A stretch of 64,000 nucleotides of DNA, taken from positions 1,184,001 to 1,248,000 of the forward strand of contig CAWFXL010000001.1 of assembly GCA_963819815.1 (NCBI GenBank), read 5' to 3'. Source of the DNA: an uncultured bacterium. Lineage in GTDB: Bacteria > Babelota > Babeliae > Babelales > Babelaceae. The position numbers were made by a program, and so were the translations under genes. Below, one piece after another: positions 29,661 through 41,824 of this stretch. Below the pieces are notes generated by a model. The model saw only the letters and a program-made list of their open reading frames with translations. It made no database searches and had not been told where the DNA came from. Position 1 is the first letter of the stretch, and each line of letters opens with the position of its first letter.

Positions 29661-31245
29661 GCTGTTTGACCGGTTTTGCTGCCATAGTATGCATCATAGC
29701 AAGATAAAACTTCTCATCGTATTCACGTGTTTGGATAACTACCGGCATAGCGATAGCATGGCCAAGAAGAATGCCTGTTTTTTCGTTTCAAGGCCGGCAA
29801 GAACGGTGCGCAGCTGTGCAGCGTTATTAACTCCCGTTAGAGTAGCTTGGATATCTTTTTCATCATTTAATTGAGCTACAATCTTAGTGCCAATCTGAGA
29901 AAGTATTTCTGGATCTATACCAGAAGGACGCTGATCAACGACTAAGTAATGATACGTAATATTTTCGCATTTCACGTGCAATGATGCCAAAAATAGTTTG
30001 TCGTGCTGCTTGGAGATTAAGAAATTTATGAGCTTCTTCAATGGTGATCATCAGTTTTTTTGGCTCATCTTCTGTTCTTTGTGAACCGAGAAATTTTTCT
30101 GTTTTTTCAATATAGAGTGCATGAATACGTCGAGTAATAATGTTTGCAATCAATAGATAGCAGAACGTAGAGGTAAAGTTACCAAACTCAATTACTATTG
30201 AGATTCCCTTATCTATATATTCCATCATCTGAGTCGATAACATCTCTTTGAGATGCTACTGATGGTGTGATAAAAGGAAGTCGTTCGATAGCTTTAAGCT
30301 TTCGATACAGTGCGGCGATGGATTCAGGATGAGCACCAATCTCTTGTGCAAACTCCTTCAACGTGTCACCTTGTGCTAAAAAGACTTCAAGCCAGTTTTG
30401 TTTATATTTGGCTGCAATTAAATAAGCTGCTTCATAGGCAGTCGGATTAAGATTAAGTTCTGTATCGAGTGAAACAATATCTTCAACTGCGATAGAGCTT
30501 ATATGAAATAGTAAGTTCAACATCGGGCATACCGCCACGGCGCCGAGTTGATGCAGGATCTAATGAGAAGATAGCAACTTTTTCGGGAAATAGTGTTTTT
30601 AAGTCCTTTTACGAAATGACTTTGGTTGCCCTCTTTGCGTGCTTGTAATCCATATTCACTATGCATATCAAAGATAACATTGACCGCTTTGTCATTTTGA
30701 ATAAGCCCTGCAAGTACTAAGCGAGTTAAAAATGTTTTACCGGTTCCTGTTTTTCCAAAAATGCCATTACTACGCTCAGTGAGTTTTTCAAGATCAAGGC
30801 ATACAGAAGTATCCATATCAAGAGGGTTACCGATATTAAAATAGCGTTTACTCGCATCTTTTTCATCACCAAAAATCTGAGCAATATCTTTTGCGTTGCT
30901 TCATATACCGGAGCAAAATGAGGAGGAATGTTTTTACGGGAGCAGGTATTCCGTCAGCGGTAGAGCATGAGCATAGGGCTTAACGTTGCTGTTGCATAGA
31001 TATCTTTGGTTCGCAAGAGATCTTTTAAGAGCAGTTCTTCATTCGTTGGAGGAAATAGCAAGATATCGGGATGAGTTACTTCTAAACTTACATCGGTAAT
31101 TAAAGAAAAAAAGCGATGGTTGTCTCCATGAATTGAAACAAATTTCCCCGTTTTAAGTTGCTCAAGTGCCGTATGAGCACTGTACTCGCATGGTAAATCC
31201 TTCAGTAAGAGAACCAGAAACGATATGGCCTAAATGTTCATTCAT
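29641..31245 (-). pseudogene. HerA/DUF87-like ATPase, split by about eight frameshifts (likely sequencing error)
   Basis: Fragments join into MNEHLGHIVSGSLTEG (HAS barrel), GIFGKTGTGKT, FDMHSEYG, IEEAHKFL, IAREMRKY, VVDQRPS; ATG 31245 overlaps the end of atpC; TAA at 29641. Confidence 0.85.
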
Positions 31246-31480
31246 GAGTTATAAGCAGGGTTATGGAGGTTCGAGTAATTTGTAGTATGCCACCAGCGAT
31301 AGTCATCTCAGTTCGGGTACAATCCCACATTTCAATGGAGAGTTCTTTATTAGGGGCAAGCAAAATAATCATCGGTGTATGACCTGGCATAATCACAAAA
31401 TTGCCTTGTTCAGTTTGAGCTTCAAGCCAATTGATATTCATGGTCTGAGAGCTCATGGGCCGCACAATCTTGAGTTCCAT
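31238..31480 (-). CDS. atpC: ATP synthase epsilon subunit, N-terminal beta domain only
   Basis: GNFVIMPGHTPMI..L, IAGGIL; immediately follows atpD. Confidence 0.8.
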   Translation of the reverse strand: MELKIVRPMSSQTMNINWLEAQTEQGNFVIMPGHTPMIILLAPNKELSIEMWDCTRTEMTIAGGILQITRTSITLLITHE

Positions 31481-31482
31481 AG

Positions 31483-32949
<1,467 letters not shown>

Positions 32950-33072
32950 ATGTCCCTTTTAGCGAGTATGACCTTAAGGTACCCTGTTACAAAAAGTATA
33001 GTCGATTTTCCGATTAGGACAAGTTATTTTAGCTACTGAAGTTATAGTAACTAGATTACAAACTAGTTAGAC

Positions 33073-33113
33073 TATGACCTGGAGATCCGAAAATATTAGG
33101 TTTCCAGGTCATA
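33073..33113. terminator. Inverted repeat downstream of the AAA/DUF4143 gene
   Basis: tatgacctgga ... tccaggtcata (11-bp arms). Confidence 0.5.
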
Positions 33114-33152
33114 TGTCGAGTTTTCCTTATAGTTCAACGATTTTTGAGACAA

Positions 33153-34328
33153 TTAAATGCCAGGGTTTGGTGTTATTACGGGCTGAGGTTTTAGAAGTTC
33201 TGGAAGCTCTAGTAATGCTTGCTCGAATGGAATAGCAGTGATAGGACCGTAATATTCTTTATGAGTTCCAAAATGAAGCATATATAATTTTGCTTCCGGA
33301 TAATCTTCCGAAAATGACTTTAATGCTCGAAACATTTTGGGAGTCACATTAACCGTTCTTTTAATTTCAAAGGCATGGAGACCATTAGGGCCATAGAGTA
33401 TAAAATCAATCTCTTGACCATTTGCAGTTCGCCAAAAATATATGGTATATCCTAACCCAAGATAATCATTAAGTGCTCTTACTGATTGTAGAAAAAGTGT
33501 TTCAAGGGCGGCTCCATCGACTTCCTCTTGTTTATCAAGTGGAAATACGGGACGTAAGATTCTGTATACTCCCGTATCAAAATAATAGAACTTTTCATGA
33601 GCAATCATTTTTCGCTTTGCACGATGGGTAAAGGGTCCTATGCGTACACTGAGAAGTAAATCTTCAAGAATCGAAAAATAATTGGCAACGGTAAACCTCG
33701 ACAATCCTAACTCTCGGCCTATGTCTGTCATGGTGATGACGTTCCCTTGGGAAAAGCTCGCAGCTTCTAAAAAGCGGGTGAAAGAGCCGATATTTCTCAT
33801 GAGACCTTCTTGCAGAACTTCTTCGCGAAGATATGTCTGGACATAATTTTCCAAATATTGTTGTGGATTCTCATGAGTGACAGCTATTGGCAGCAAGCCA
33901 TACCGTAAGGCGTGGGATAAATTGAAATTCGCCCCGATTTCCTGAGCTGTTAAGGGGTGCATGAAATATTTAAATGCTCGCCCAGCTAGCAAATTAACAC
34001 CTCTGCGTTTGAGGCTTCGAGCGCTTGATCCCGTGAGAATAAAGCGATACTTTTTCTCTTCAATAAGTCGATGTACCTCATTGAGTAGTTCAGGGACTCT
34101 TTGCACTTCATCAATGATTATCCATGAATTATTTGAAGAGGGTATAAGCTATTCTAGCTGTGATGGATTTGATGCAAGACGGTTATAATCCGTAAACTTG
34201 AGTAAATCGATATATTTTGCATCGGGTAGATGGGCTCTAAGCCATGAAGTTTTTCCCGTACCCCGCGGCCCAAAAAGAAAAATGCTTGTTTGAGATTCGA
34301 GTGGTAAGTGTAATAATCTGTGGAACAT
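33153..34328 (-). pseudogene. AAA_14/DUF4143 ATPase with an in-frame TAG at codon 60
   Basis: ATG 34328 MFHRLL...LFGPRGTGKTSW...SQLE*(34149-34151)LIP...IIIDEVQRVPELL, TGSS, KFYYFDTG, EIDFI...FEIK. Confidence 0.85.
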
Positions 34329-34406
34329 AGGCTTATCTTTCCCTATTGCACGGTTACTTCAGGGGGCAGAGGAAAATCCATGACTTTCCCGAAAAATGTT
34401 ACATTG

Positions 34407-34437
34407 AAAGCTCATATTACCATGCAATATGAGCTTT
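34407..34437. promoter_or_regulatory. Perfect palindrome (12-bp arms) upstream of the AAA/DUF4143 gene
   Basis: aaagctcatatt-accatgc-aatatgagcttt, with an extra ctcatatt half-site at about 34443. Confidence 0.4.
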
Positions 34438-34587
34438 GTGGTCTCATATTTCCTAAAATAATTTAGATTTTTCGATAAAGTTCTGAAACTTTCCTTTTGA
34501 TTGTATTTCTGATCGCGAAGGTTGATCGAATAAGTCTTTAATTCGAGCTTTAGAGGGCTTTGGTGTTTGGGAAGCCTTTTTTATAGA

Positions 34588-35682
34588 TCAAAGAGCATAA
34601 GTCTGTACTAACTTTGTGCCCATATTCTCGGCCTTTTGTTCTAGTATCTCAAGACTTAAGAGCCCCTGTTTAGCATCAGGATGCTGGATGACTGAAGATG
34701 CGTTGAGAATTCCATATATAAGAGCTTTCTCTAGTGGTACCCCAAGAGAAAGAGCTCCTAAAAAACCGCTATTAAAGGCATCACCTGCTCCCAGGCTATA
34801 CACAGGACTCGTCGGAATACTTGGATGAAAATAGATAGTTTCTGCAGTTACGACATAGACCCCTTCGGCTCCATTGGTAATAACGATAGTTTGTGGGCCA
34901 CTCTTAAGAATAAGTTTTGCGATAGCTCGCAATGAAAAGCTTGTGTCAGTGTTATTAAAGGAAAGGTAGTCCTGTAATAGCGCTGGTTGGTCTAATTGTC
35001 TATAATAAAACACAGGTTGTTTCTTTTGCTGCAAAAGAGCTTGCATAAGATATCCCGACTCAGCAGTATTTACCACGAGGATATCGCAATAGCGTAGAGA
35101 CTCAGTAAGCTCAAGAGTATCGTGGGTGAGTTGAATCATACTTGGATTAAGAGCAACCGTAACTCCTGCAGCATGTGCTCGAGGTGCAAGGTAAGGAAGA
35201 AGCTCCTGAGATTGACCACCTAAAGGTCCAAGATAGAGAAGATCAATCTCTTCAAGTAGTGCAAGAGGAAAGTCTTCTTTTTTTTGATTTCTGTTAGCAG
35301 CTCGATAGCAGAGTGCTACATGGTCATGCTCTTGGGAGGGGATGATAACTGATATTGCCGTGCCATGTTCGTTATCTGTTGTACAATAGGTGGTGCTAAT
35401 ACCATCATGTGCGAGCTTTTCTTTAATAGAACATCCCGTGGCATCGTTGCCGGTCCTGAAGAATGCTTCTACCTCAAATCCCAGCTTTTTAAGACCTACG
35501 CCAACATTGGTAGCTCCGCCTCCTAAGGCATAATGTGCCAAAGGTATATCTATCTTTGCGCCTTGAGGCAAAAGAATATAGGAACACTCGGAGTGCTTTG
35601 TGCGCATGAAAAGTGTATCAGCGCCTTCATAGAGCATGAAGATATCCTGAGTTGCACTGCCGATTGTGCAGACTTTTTTCAT
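34588..35682 (-). CDS. PfkB family carbohydrate kinase
   Basis: GGGATNVG, ITNGAEG, LGAGDAFNSGF. Confidence 0.9.
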   Translation of the reverse strand: MKKVCTIGSATQDIFMLYEGADTLFMRTKHSECSYILLPQGAKIDIPLAHYALGGGATNVGVGLKKLGFEVEAFFRTGNDATGCSIKEKLAHDGISTTYCTTDNEHGTAISVIIPSQEHDHVALCYRAANRNQKKEDFPLALLEEIDLLYLGPLGGQSQELLPYLAPRAHAAGVTVALNPSMIQLTHDTLELTESLRYCDILVVNTAESGYLMQALLQQKKQPVFYYRQLDQPALLQDYLSFNNTDTSFSLRAIAKLILKSGPQTIVITNGAEGVYVVTAETIYFHPSIPTSPVYSLGAGDAFNSGFLGALSLGVPLEKALIYGILNASSVIQHPDAKQGLLSLEILEQKAENMGTKLVQTYAL

Positions 35683-35694
35683 CAGAGATCCCGA

Positions 35695-38061
35695 TTAGTG
35701 GGGCCCAGAGGTTTTTTTAATAACGGGCATAAGCACGTGGGTAAGTACTTCGTCAGCATGTTTCACCCAAATGACTTCAATTCCTTCAGTTAATTCTTCT
35801 GATCCAATCAGATCATTTTTGTTTTGATCAGGCAATATGACATTAGGAACCATATTTCGCTTAGCAGCAAGAATTTTTTCTTTTACTCCGCCTATAGGCA
35901 TCACATTTCCACGTAGGTTCAATTCTCCTGTCATCGCATAGGCGGCATTAATAGCACGTCCGGTCATTGCCGATAGAATTGATGAGAGCAGAGTCACTCC
36001 TGCAGAAGGGCCATCTTTTGGAATGCCTCCTCCTGGGACGTGGATATGGAGATCATACTGCGTAAACATTTTAGTGTCGATATCAAATTCTTTTGCATGA
36101 GCACGGGCATAGCTTAGCGCAGCGCGCGCAGATTCCTGCATGACATTACCAAGAGATCCTGTAAGAATGAGTTTCCCTTTTCCGGGCATGATAACTGCCT
36201 CAACTTTGATAATTTCACCCCCATAGGCAGTCCAGGCGAGTCCATTGCAGATACCTACTTGGCTTTCTGTGTAGCTTTCACTTTGAATAAATTTCCGTGG
36301 CCCGAGGTAGAGTTCTAGATTGTCGATACTGAATACTATAAGTTCATTTTTTTCCACGAGAGAACGTGCAGCTTTTGAGCAGAGTTTTTTAAGAAGTCGT
36401 TCAAGTTCCCTAACTCCTGCTTCTCGTGTGTAGCTTTGGATAATTTCGGAAATGATCTCTTTGCTGATAATTATTTGATGGGCATCTAAACCTGATTCAT
36501 TGATTGCTTTCTTTGTCAGGTAATTGACTGCGATATTAATTTTCTCTTCAAGAGTGTACCCTGCAAGATGAATTACTTCCATACGATCACGAAGTGGTTC
36601 TGATATAGAATCCACATTATTGGCTGTCGCAATGAAAATGACCCGCGATAAGTCAAAGGGAAGCCCTAAATAGTTATCATAGAAAGATACATTCTGGTTA
36701 GGATCGAGCACTTCAAGCATAGCTGCTGATGGATCTCCTCTAAAATCTGAACCGATTTTATCAAGCTCATCTATGATTATCACAGGATTCATAGAGCCTG
36801 CTTTTCTAATGCCTTGTAAAAATCTTCCCGGCATAGCACCTACGTAGGTGCGGCGATGGCCTCTAATCTCAGCCTCATCATTAACCCCACCTAAGGATAT
36901 TCTAAAGAAGTTTCGTCCCAGGCTGCGAGCAATAGATTTGCCAAGCGAAGTTTTACCAGTTCCCGGAGGACCTGCAAGACAGAGGATAGGAGAATACCCA
37001 TCCTGTTTTAGATGACGTATTGATATAAAATCAAGAATTCTCTCTTTTATTTCCTTTAATCCATAATGATCTTCATCGAGAATCTGTTTGGCGTGTTCTA
37101 TCTCTAGATTGTCGACTGTTTCGATCCCCCAGGGAAGTCCCGCGATCCAGTCAAGATAACCACGTATGACTGCTGCTTCCATAGAGTCAGGAGATGTTTT
37201 TTCAAGCCGATTTAACTGGCGGTTTACTTCGGTTCGTACTTCTTCGGTGAGTTCAAGCTTACCTATCTTTGTGCGCAGCTGATCAATTTCATCTGCATCG
37301 TCTTCGCCAAGCTCTTTTTTAATTGCTTTAATTTGCTCACGCAGATAAAACTCTTTTTGCGACTGATTCATCGATTCACGAGCGCGACTTTTAATATTTT
37401 CTTGCATTTCGCTGACTTCAAATTCTTTTGATAAATGTGCAAAAAGTTCTTCCAGAAGGGCCGTATGTGTGCGGCATTCTAAAAGGCGCTGCGCTTGATC
37501 AACTCGTAAATTTAGATGAGATAAAATGAAGTCGGCCATTTTCTCAGGGTCATTCATTTTTGATAAAATGATATGAAAATCAGGGCTGAGCGCATGTCCT
37601 GATGTTGAAATGTGTTCCGCAAGGTCTTTAATATTTTTTTTCTGAGCTAGAGTTTCAGTGTTTGAAAGCTCTTCTTCATAGAATATTTGTTCGATATCAG
37701 CATGAAGAACTCCTTCATCTGCAACTATATCATGGACAAAAGCCCGTGTAATGCCTTGTACTAATATTTTTATGCCCCCCTCGGGCACTTTGATGACGCG
37801 CATGATCGATGCAACGGTACCTACATCATATAAGTCCTTCGTACCAATAATACCCTGGTACGTATCGGATTGCTTTTTTGACGCAAGAAGAAGGACGAGT
37901 TTATGCTCATCTTCAACAGCTTTATTAATTCCTTGGATAATTCGTTCATCAAGAACAAGTAGTGGCACAATTTGATTAGGAAAAACCACTATATCCATTG
38001 TAGGAACAACAGGGAGCATCTCTGGTAGTGCATTATGCACTAGTTGTTCGCTTTGCTTCAT
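35695..38061 (-). CDS. lon: Lon protease
   Basis: LON N-domain, GPPGTGKTS, HRRTYVGAMPG, PKDGPSAG. Confidence 0.97.
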   Translation of the reverse strand: MKQSEQLVHNALPEMLPVVPTMDIVVFPNQIVPLLVLDERIIQGINKAVEDEHKLVLLLASKKQSDTYQGIIGTKDLYDVGTVASIMRVIKVPEGGIKILVQGITRAFVHDIVADEGVLHADIEQIFYEEELSNTETLAQKKNIKDLAEHISTSGHALSPDFHIILSKMNDPEKMADFILSHLNLRVDQAQRLLECRTHTALLEELFAHLSKEFEVSEMQENIKSRARESMNQSQKEFYLREQIKAIKKELGEDDADEIDQLRTKIGKLELTEEVRTEVNRQLNRLEKTSPDSMEAAVIRGYLDWIAGLPWGIETVDNLEIEHAKQILDEDHYGLKEIKERILDFISIRHLKQDGYSPILCLAGPPGTGKTSLGKSIARSLGRNFFRISLGGVNDEAEIRGHRRTYVGAMPGRFLQGIRKAGSMNPVIIIDELDKIGSDFRGDPSAAMLEVLDPNQNVSFYDNYLGLPFDLSRVIFIATANNVDSISEPLRDRMEVIHLAGYTLEEKINIAVNYLTKKAINESGLDAHQIIISKEIISEIIQSYTREAGVRELERLLKKLCSKAARSLVEKNELIVFSIDNLELYLGPRKFIQSESYTESQVGICNGLAWTAYGGEIIKVEAVIMPGKGKLILTGSLGNVMQESARAALSYARAHAKEFDIDTKMFTQYDLHIHVPGGGIPKDGPSAGVTLLSSILSAMTGRAINAAYAMTGELNLRGNVMPIGGVKEKILAAKRNMVPNVILPDQNKNDLIGSEELTEGIEVIWVKHADEVLTHVLMPVIKKTSGPH

Positions 38062-38197
38062 TAACTCCCCTTCAATTTTCTATCTAACCATATCTTGAGT
38101 CTAGCGGAAGTCGGTTGGCGATTACAATACTTTCTCAAGATCTATTTTTGAGGTATTCTAAGAGACACGGAAAAAGAATAACAAAAGGTATTTTGCG

Positions 38198-38923
38198 ATG
38201 TCTAGACTATCGTATCTTCAAGCTCAGGACCTTAGCCTTTCCTTTTTGCAGGGATTGAAGCAGGTAGAGATTTTAAAAGGGATAACCTATCAATTTCAAA
38301 AAGGGTCCTCTTATGGTCTCATGGGAGCTTCTGGTTCGGGTAAGTCTAGCTTGCTCGCACTATTGTCCGGTCTTGAAACCCCTACGTCGGGACAGGTGTC
38401 TATCCAGGGTAAAGACCTCTATGCTGCCCAACCAGATGATAGGTTAGGTATGTGTAGGCAGTTTGGAATTCTTTTCCAGTCTCCTCACCTGATCGATGAG
38501 CTTTCTCTTATTGAAAATATTATGATTAAAGGGCTTATTGAATACCAAGAGTATGATGTTGCCTATCAAAAAGCACAGGATCTGCTTAACCAGATTGGAT
38601 TAGCTGGTAAGGAAGATCAGCGCCCGCGTTCACTATCAGGTGGAGAGCAGCAGAGAGCGTGCATAGCACGTGCTCTTTTTGCAGAACCATCTTTTATTAT
38701 TGCTGATGAACCTACGGCCCATTTGGATGATGCAACTGCACGTGATATTATGTCGGTACTCTGTATGTATCAGAATGAGAAGGGCGCGGGATTGCTTATT
38801 GCTACCCATGATGCCATGGTGCTAGGTATGCTTGATATCACCTTAAAGCTTGAAGCGGGGAGTCTCTGCACTGTTCCCAGTGCCGCACCAAAGCAAGCAA
38901 TGGAGCAGAAAACCTATGGATAA
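38198..38923 (+). CDS. LolD-like ABC ATP-binding protein
   Basis: GASGSGKS, LSGGEQQR, ADEPTAHLD. Confidence 0.8.
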   Translation: MSRLSYLQAQDLSLSFLQGLKQVEILKGITYQFQKGSSYGLMGASGSGKSSLLALLSGLETPTSGQVSIQGKDLYAAQPDDRLGMCRQFGILFQSPHLIDELSLIENIMIKGLIEYQEYDVAYQKAQDLLNQIGLAGKEDQRPRSLSGGEQQRACIARALFAEPSFIIADEPTAHLDDATARDIMSVLCMYQNEKGAGLLIATHDAMVLGMLDITLKLEAGSLCTVPSAAPKQAMEQKTYG

Positions 38924-40493
38924 GCTCCATAAGAAATCGATTCTTAAAAAAACGGCGAGCGTTTCAGCGTCTCTACTTTTCAGCAAACTACTTGGGGTAG
39001 TCCGGGAGATCTTCCAGGTAAGTTATCTTGGCGTAGGGGCATTTTCAGATGCCTTTAATACAGCTCTTAAGATACCAAATCTCTTACGAAAAATTTTCGC
39101 AGAAGGGGCATTGAGCGCAGCTTTTGTCCCCACAATCATTAAGGTAACCTCAGAAGATTCGCAGAAGCAGGCAAGCAAGCTGATGACGTTAACCTATGCA
39201 ATTTTTGGAACGATGGTGCTTGCCTTATGTGTGCTTATTTCGTTTTTTCCACACGTAGTTATCAGGTTGATTGCATCAGGTTTTATAAATAAGCCCGTCG
39301 AGATGGAAGTGGCTACCAGTATCATTCGCATTCTCATTTATTTCGTATTCTTTATGTTTACGAGTGCCTTATTACAGAGTGCCTTGCAAGCAAAGATGCA
39401 CTTTACCGTCCCTGCCTGGGGTCCAACGCTCTTAAATGTTTTTTATATTGCAGGACTTGCGGTCTGCCAATGGATGGGTTTTTCCGTAGAAGTGTTTTCA
39501 TACTTTTTGCTGTTTGGAGGACTCGCTCAGGCACTTATTTATGCGTATGTATATGTAGGTTTGCATTTTACGATTGAATGGCCTGATAAGAATACCTATA
39601 AGTACTTTAAAGAGGTGATTGCCAAGTTCATCCCCTGCCTATTGAGTGTAAGCATTGTAGAGATTAACCTTATTATCGATAATAATTTTGCATCAACTTT
39701 ACCTACTGGCTCGGCAACGTTAGTGTCGATTTCATCAAAATTCATGACCATAGCTTTGGGGGCTTTTGCGGTAGCGTTTTCAACAATCTTGTTACCTCAC
39801 TTCTCTCGTATATCCACGTATGCACCGAAGCGCTTGAGCTATTATCTCTTAGAGTCAACAAAGTTTATCTTCTGGATAACTATTCCCGTTGCTTTGCTTA
39901 TGACCTTTTTTTCCTATGACATCTTCTATACGATCTTTTATCAAATTACCGGTGAATTTACCTTAGCCATGGTGAAGGAAGCGGCTTCGCTGCTCGTTGC
40001 TTTTTTGCCCGGTCTCTTTTTCTTCTCCATTAATAAAATGCTTCTGAATATATTTTATGCTCTACATGAGACCCGATATACGGCAATTATTACGGTAATT
40101 GGCGTTATGGTAAACGTTATCCTTAATCGTTTTCTCATGCCTCTCTATGGGGCTCAGGGAATTGCTCTAGCGACCGTTTTTGCAGCGGTAGTTCAGACTC
40201 TTCTGCTTCTTATTGTTTTGCAGCAACGACTCGGTCTTAAAATATACATGAAACAATTTACACGATATATGCTTGCCTATGGGATACAGCTTGCTATCTT
40301 TATGGGCATTTTCTTTCTTCTGTACCATCTTGGGGTTATGGCTATTATCTATGTCGTTCCTGAGCGGTTCGCAGATTTCTTGCTCCATCATATTGGTCTT
40401 TGGATGTGGGTGGGACCAATATGCTTGATTCCCGCAGGCTTTCTCTATTATATGCGTAATAAAGGCGGTGTGAGCCTCTACTTTTTGGAGTGA
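38916..40493 (+). CDS. murJ: Lipid II flippase MurJ (MviN)
   Basis: SKLLGVVRE, DAFNTALKIPNLLRKIFAEGALSAAFVP; start MDKLHKK at 38916. Confidence 0.93.
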   Translation: MDKLHKKSILKKTASVSASLLFSKLLGVVREIFQVSYLGVGAFSDAFNTALKIPNLLRKIFAEGALSAAFVPTIIKVTSEDSQKQASKLMTLTYAIFGTMVLALCVLISFFPHVVIRLIASGFINKPVEMEVATSIIRILIYFVFFMFTSALLQSALQAKMHFTVPAWGPTLLNVFYIAGLAVCQWMGFSVEVFSYFLLFGGLAQALIYAYVYVGLHFTIEWPDKNTYKYFKEVIAKFIPCLLSVSIVEINLIIDNNFASTLPTGSATLVSISSKFMTIALGAFAVAFSTILLPHFSRISTYAPKRLSYYLLESTKFIFWITIPVALLMTFFSYDIFYTIFYQITGEFTLAMVKEAASLLVAFLPGLFFFSINKMLLNIFYALHETRYTAIITVIGVMVNVILNRFLMPLYGAQGIALATVFAAVVQTLLLLIVLQQRLGLKIYMKQFTRYMLAYGIQLAIFMGIFFLLYHLGVMAIIYVVPERFADFLLHHIGLWMWVGPICLIPAGFLYYMRNKGGVSLYFLE

Positions 40494-40924
40494 TGATGAA
40501 AAAAGAGATTTCAGCAGGTATTATAGTTTATACGATGGAGCTCATAAACGATGTTCCTACGCGAGTGTATCTGCTCCTTGCCTATCCCAGGAGGTATTGG
40601 GACCTTGCGAAGGGCAAGCTGGAACCAGGTGAGACTTCAAAAGATGCTGCTATTCGTGAACTAAAGGAAGAGACAGGTCTTGAGGCGAGACTTGATGAAG
40701 GTTTTATGGAAGACCTTTTTTATAAGTTCAAAGACCCTCAAGGTGTTCTTGTGGATAAGAAAGTTACCTTTTTCTTAGGAGAGGCCTTCTCAAAAGATGT
40801 GCACATCTCACACGAGCATAAAGGTTTTTGTTGGCTTCCTTACGATGAGGCTTTCAGGAAATTAACCTACCGTAATGCGCGCAATCTTCTTACAGATGCC
40901 GAAAATTTTCTGAAAAAACAGTAG
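40490..40924 (+). CDS. Nudix hydrolase (Ap4A hydrolase-like)
   Basis: Nudix box KGKLEPGETSKDAAIRELKEETGL, SHEH. Confidence 0.9.
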   Translation: MMMKKEISAGIIVYTMELINDVPTRVYLLLAYPRRYWDLAKGKLEPGETSKDAAIRELKEETGLEARLDEGFMEDLFYKFKDPQGVLVDKKVTFFLGEAFSKDVHISHEHKGFCWLPYDEAFRKLTYRNARNLLTDAENFLKKQ

Positions 40925-40927
40925 AAT

Positions 40928-41004
<77 letters not shown>

Positions 41005-41046
41005 TCGAATATTTGTTCTAATCGTGGATCTTTAGGATATAACGTA

Positions 41047-41074
41047 AGTATAGTCCCATTTGCTAAATTGTCAA
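41047..41074 (-). promoter_or_regulatory. Sigma70 promoter of tRNA-fMet
   Basis: TTGACA-16-TATACT on the minus strand. Confidence 0.7.
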
Positions 41075-41267
41075 CAAAGAGGGCAGTTTTTTTAGCTTTT
41101 GCTGACGCATGGGGCTGGTAGGGTGAAAAGTTTGGAAAAATATAATGGTTTGCGCATTCAGATACTACTCGATGTGTTCCTCAATCGTTTCACAGTGGCC
41201 GATAGAGGAAGGATCAGGCTTGAGAGAGTCCCAAGGCAAACCACTTTTATGTCCTTGCTTCTTCAGC

Positions 41268-41645
41268 CTACTTTAAAGATACGAGTACGAGAGCAGTAGC
41301 GGTCGTTCTTGTATGAGTAAGGGTTACTTCAGCGTGGTATTGGATGGCATTAACGCTTTCCCAGGGAAACTTTAGAAGTGGTTCTCCGCGGCCGCTGTAG
41401 GAAATAGAGCAGTGTTTAGCAAGAAAAAGAAACGGTACTGGTTGAGGAAGTAGCGGTGTTAGTGCTTTGTAAAAAGCTTCCTTGGCAGCAAATCTGACAG
41501 CAAGCCGTTCGGCAGTTTTTTGTGGTATTGCAAAGCTATATGAAAGTTCTTCATCGGAAAAAATACGCAAAAGCTTTTTCTGAGAATATGCCATCCAGGG
41601 AATAAAGCGTTCAATTTCGACTGAGTCGATTCCGATTTTGATCAT
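41268..41645 (-). CDS. acpS: Holo-ACP synthase
   Basis: IGIDSVEIERF, RFAAKEAFYKA, TLTH. Confidence 0.9.
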   Translation of the reverse strand: MIKIGIDSVEIERFIPWMAYSQKKLLRIFSDEELSYSFAIPQKTAERLAVRFAAKEAFYKALTPLLPQPVPFLFLAKHCSISYSGRGEPLLKFPWESVNAIQYHAEVTLTHTRTTATALVLVSLK

Positions 41646-41824
41646 AGGTGCTCCGTTTAGTCTGTCGATGAGTAGTATCGCGCTCTTCGTACGTTTTGTC
41701 TAATGCATGTGACAAAGCCCGGGAAAACAGAATGTTCTTTTTTTGGAAAGAAATAAGTTTTTGCTGTATACTGGACTGCATAGAAAAAATAAGATCCAAT
41801 GCTCATGATGCCAAGGATTCATCA

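Noticed and set aside
29641..31245. HerA as part of an anti-phage system (e.g. Sir2-HerA)
   Set aside because: No Sir2 or nuclease partner adjacent; it is coupled to atpC and resembles the housekeeping HerA type.
34149..34151. Amber recoding / alternative genetic code
   Set aside because: Many intact genes here end in TAG (e.g. tpiA, NTT, Nudix); only one internal TAG was seen.
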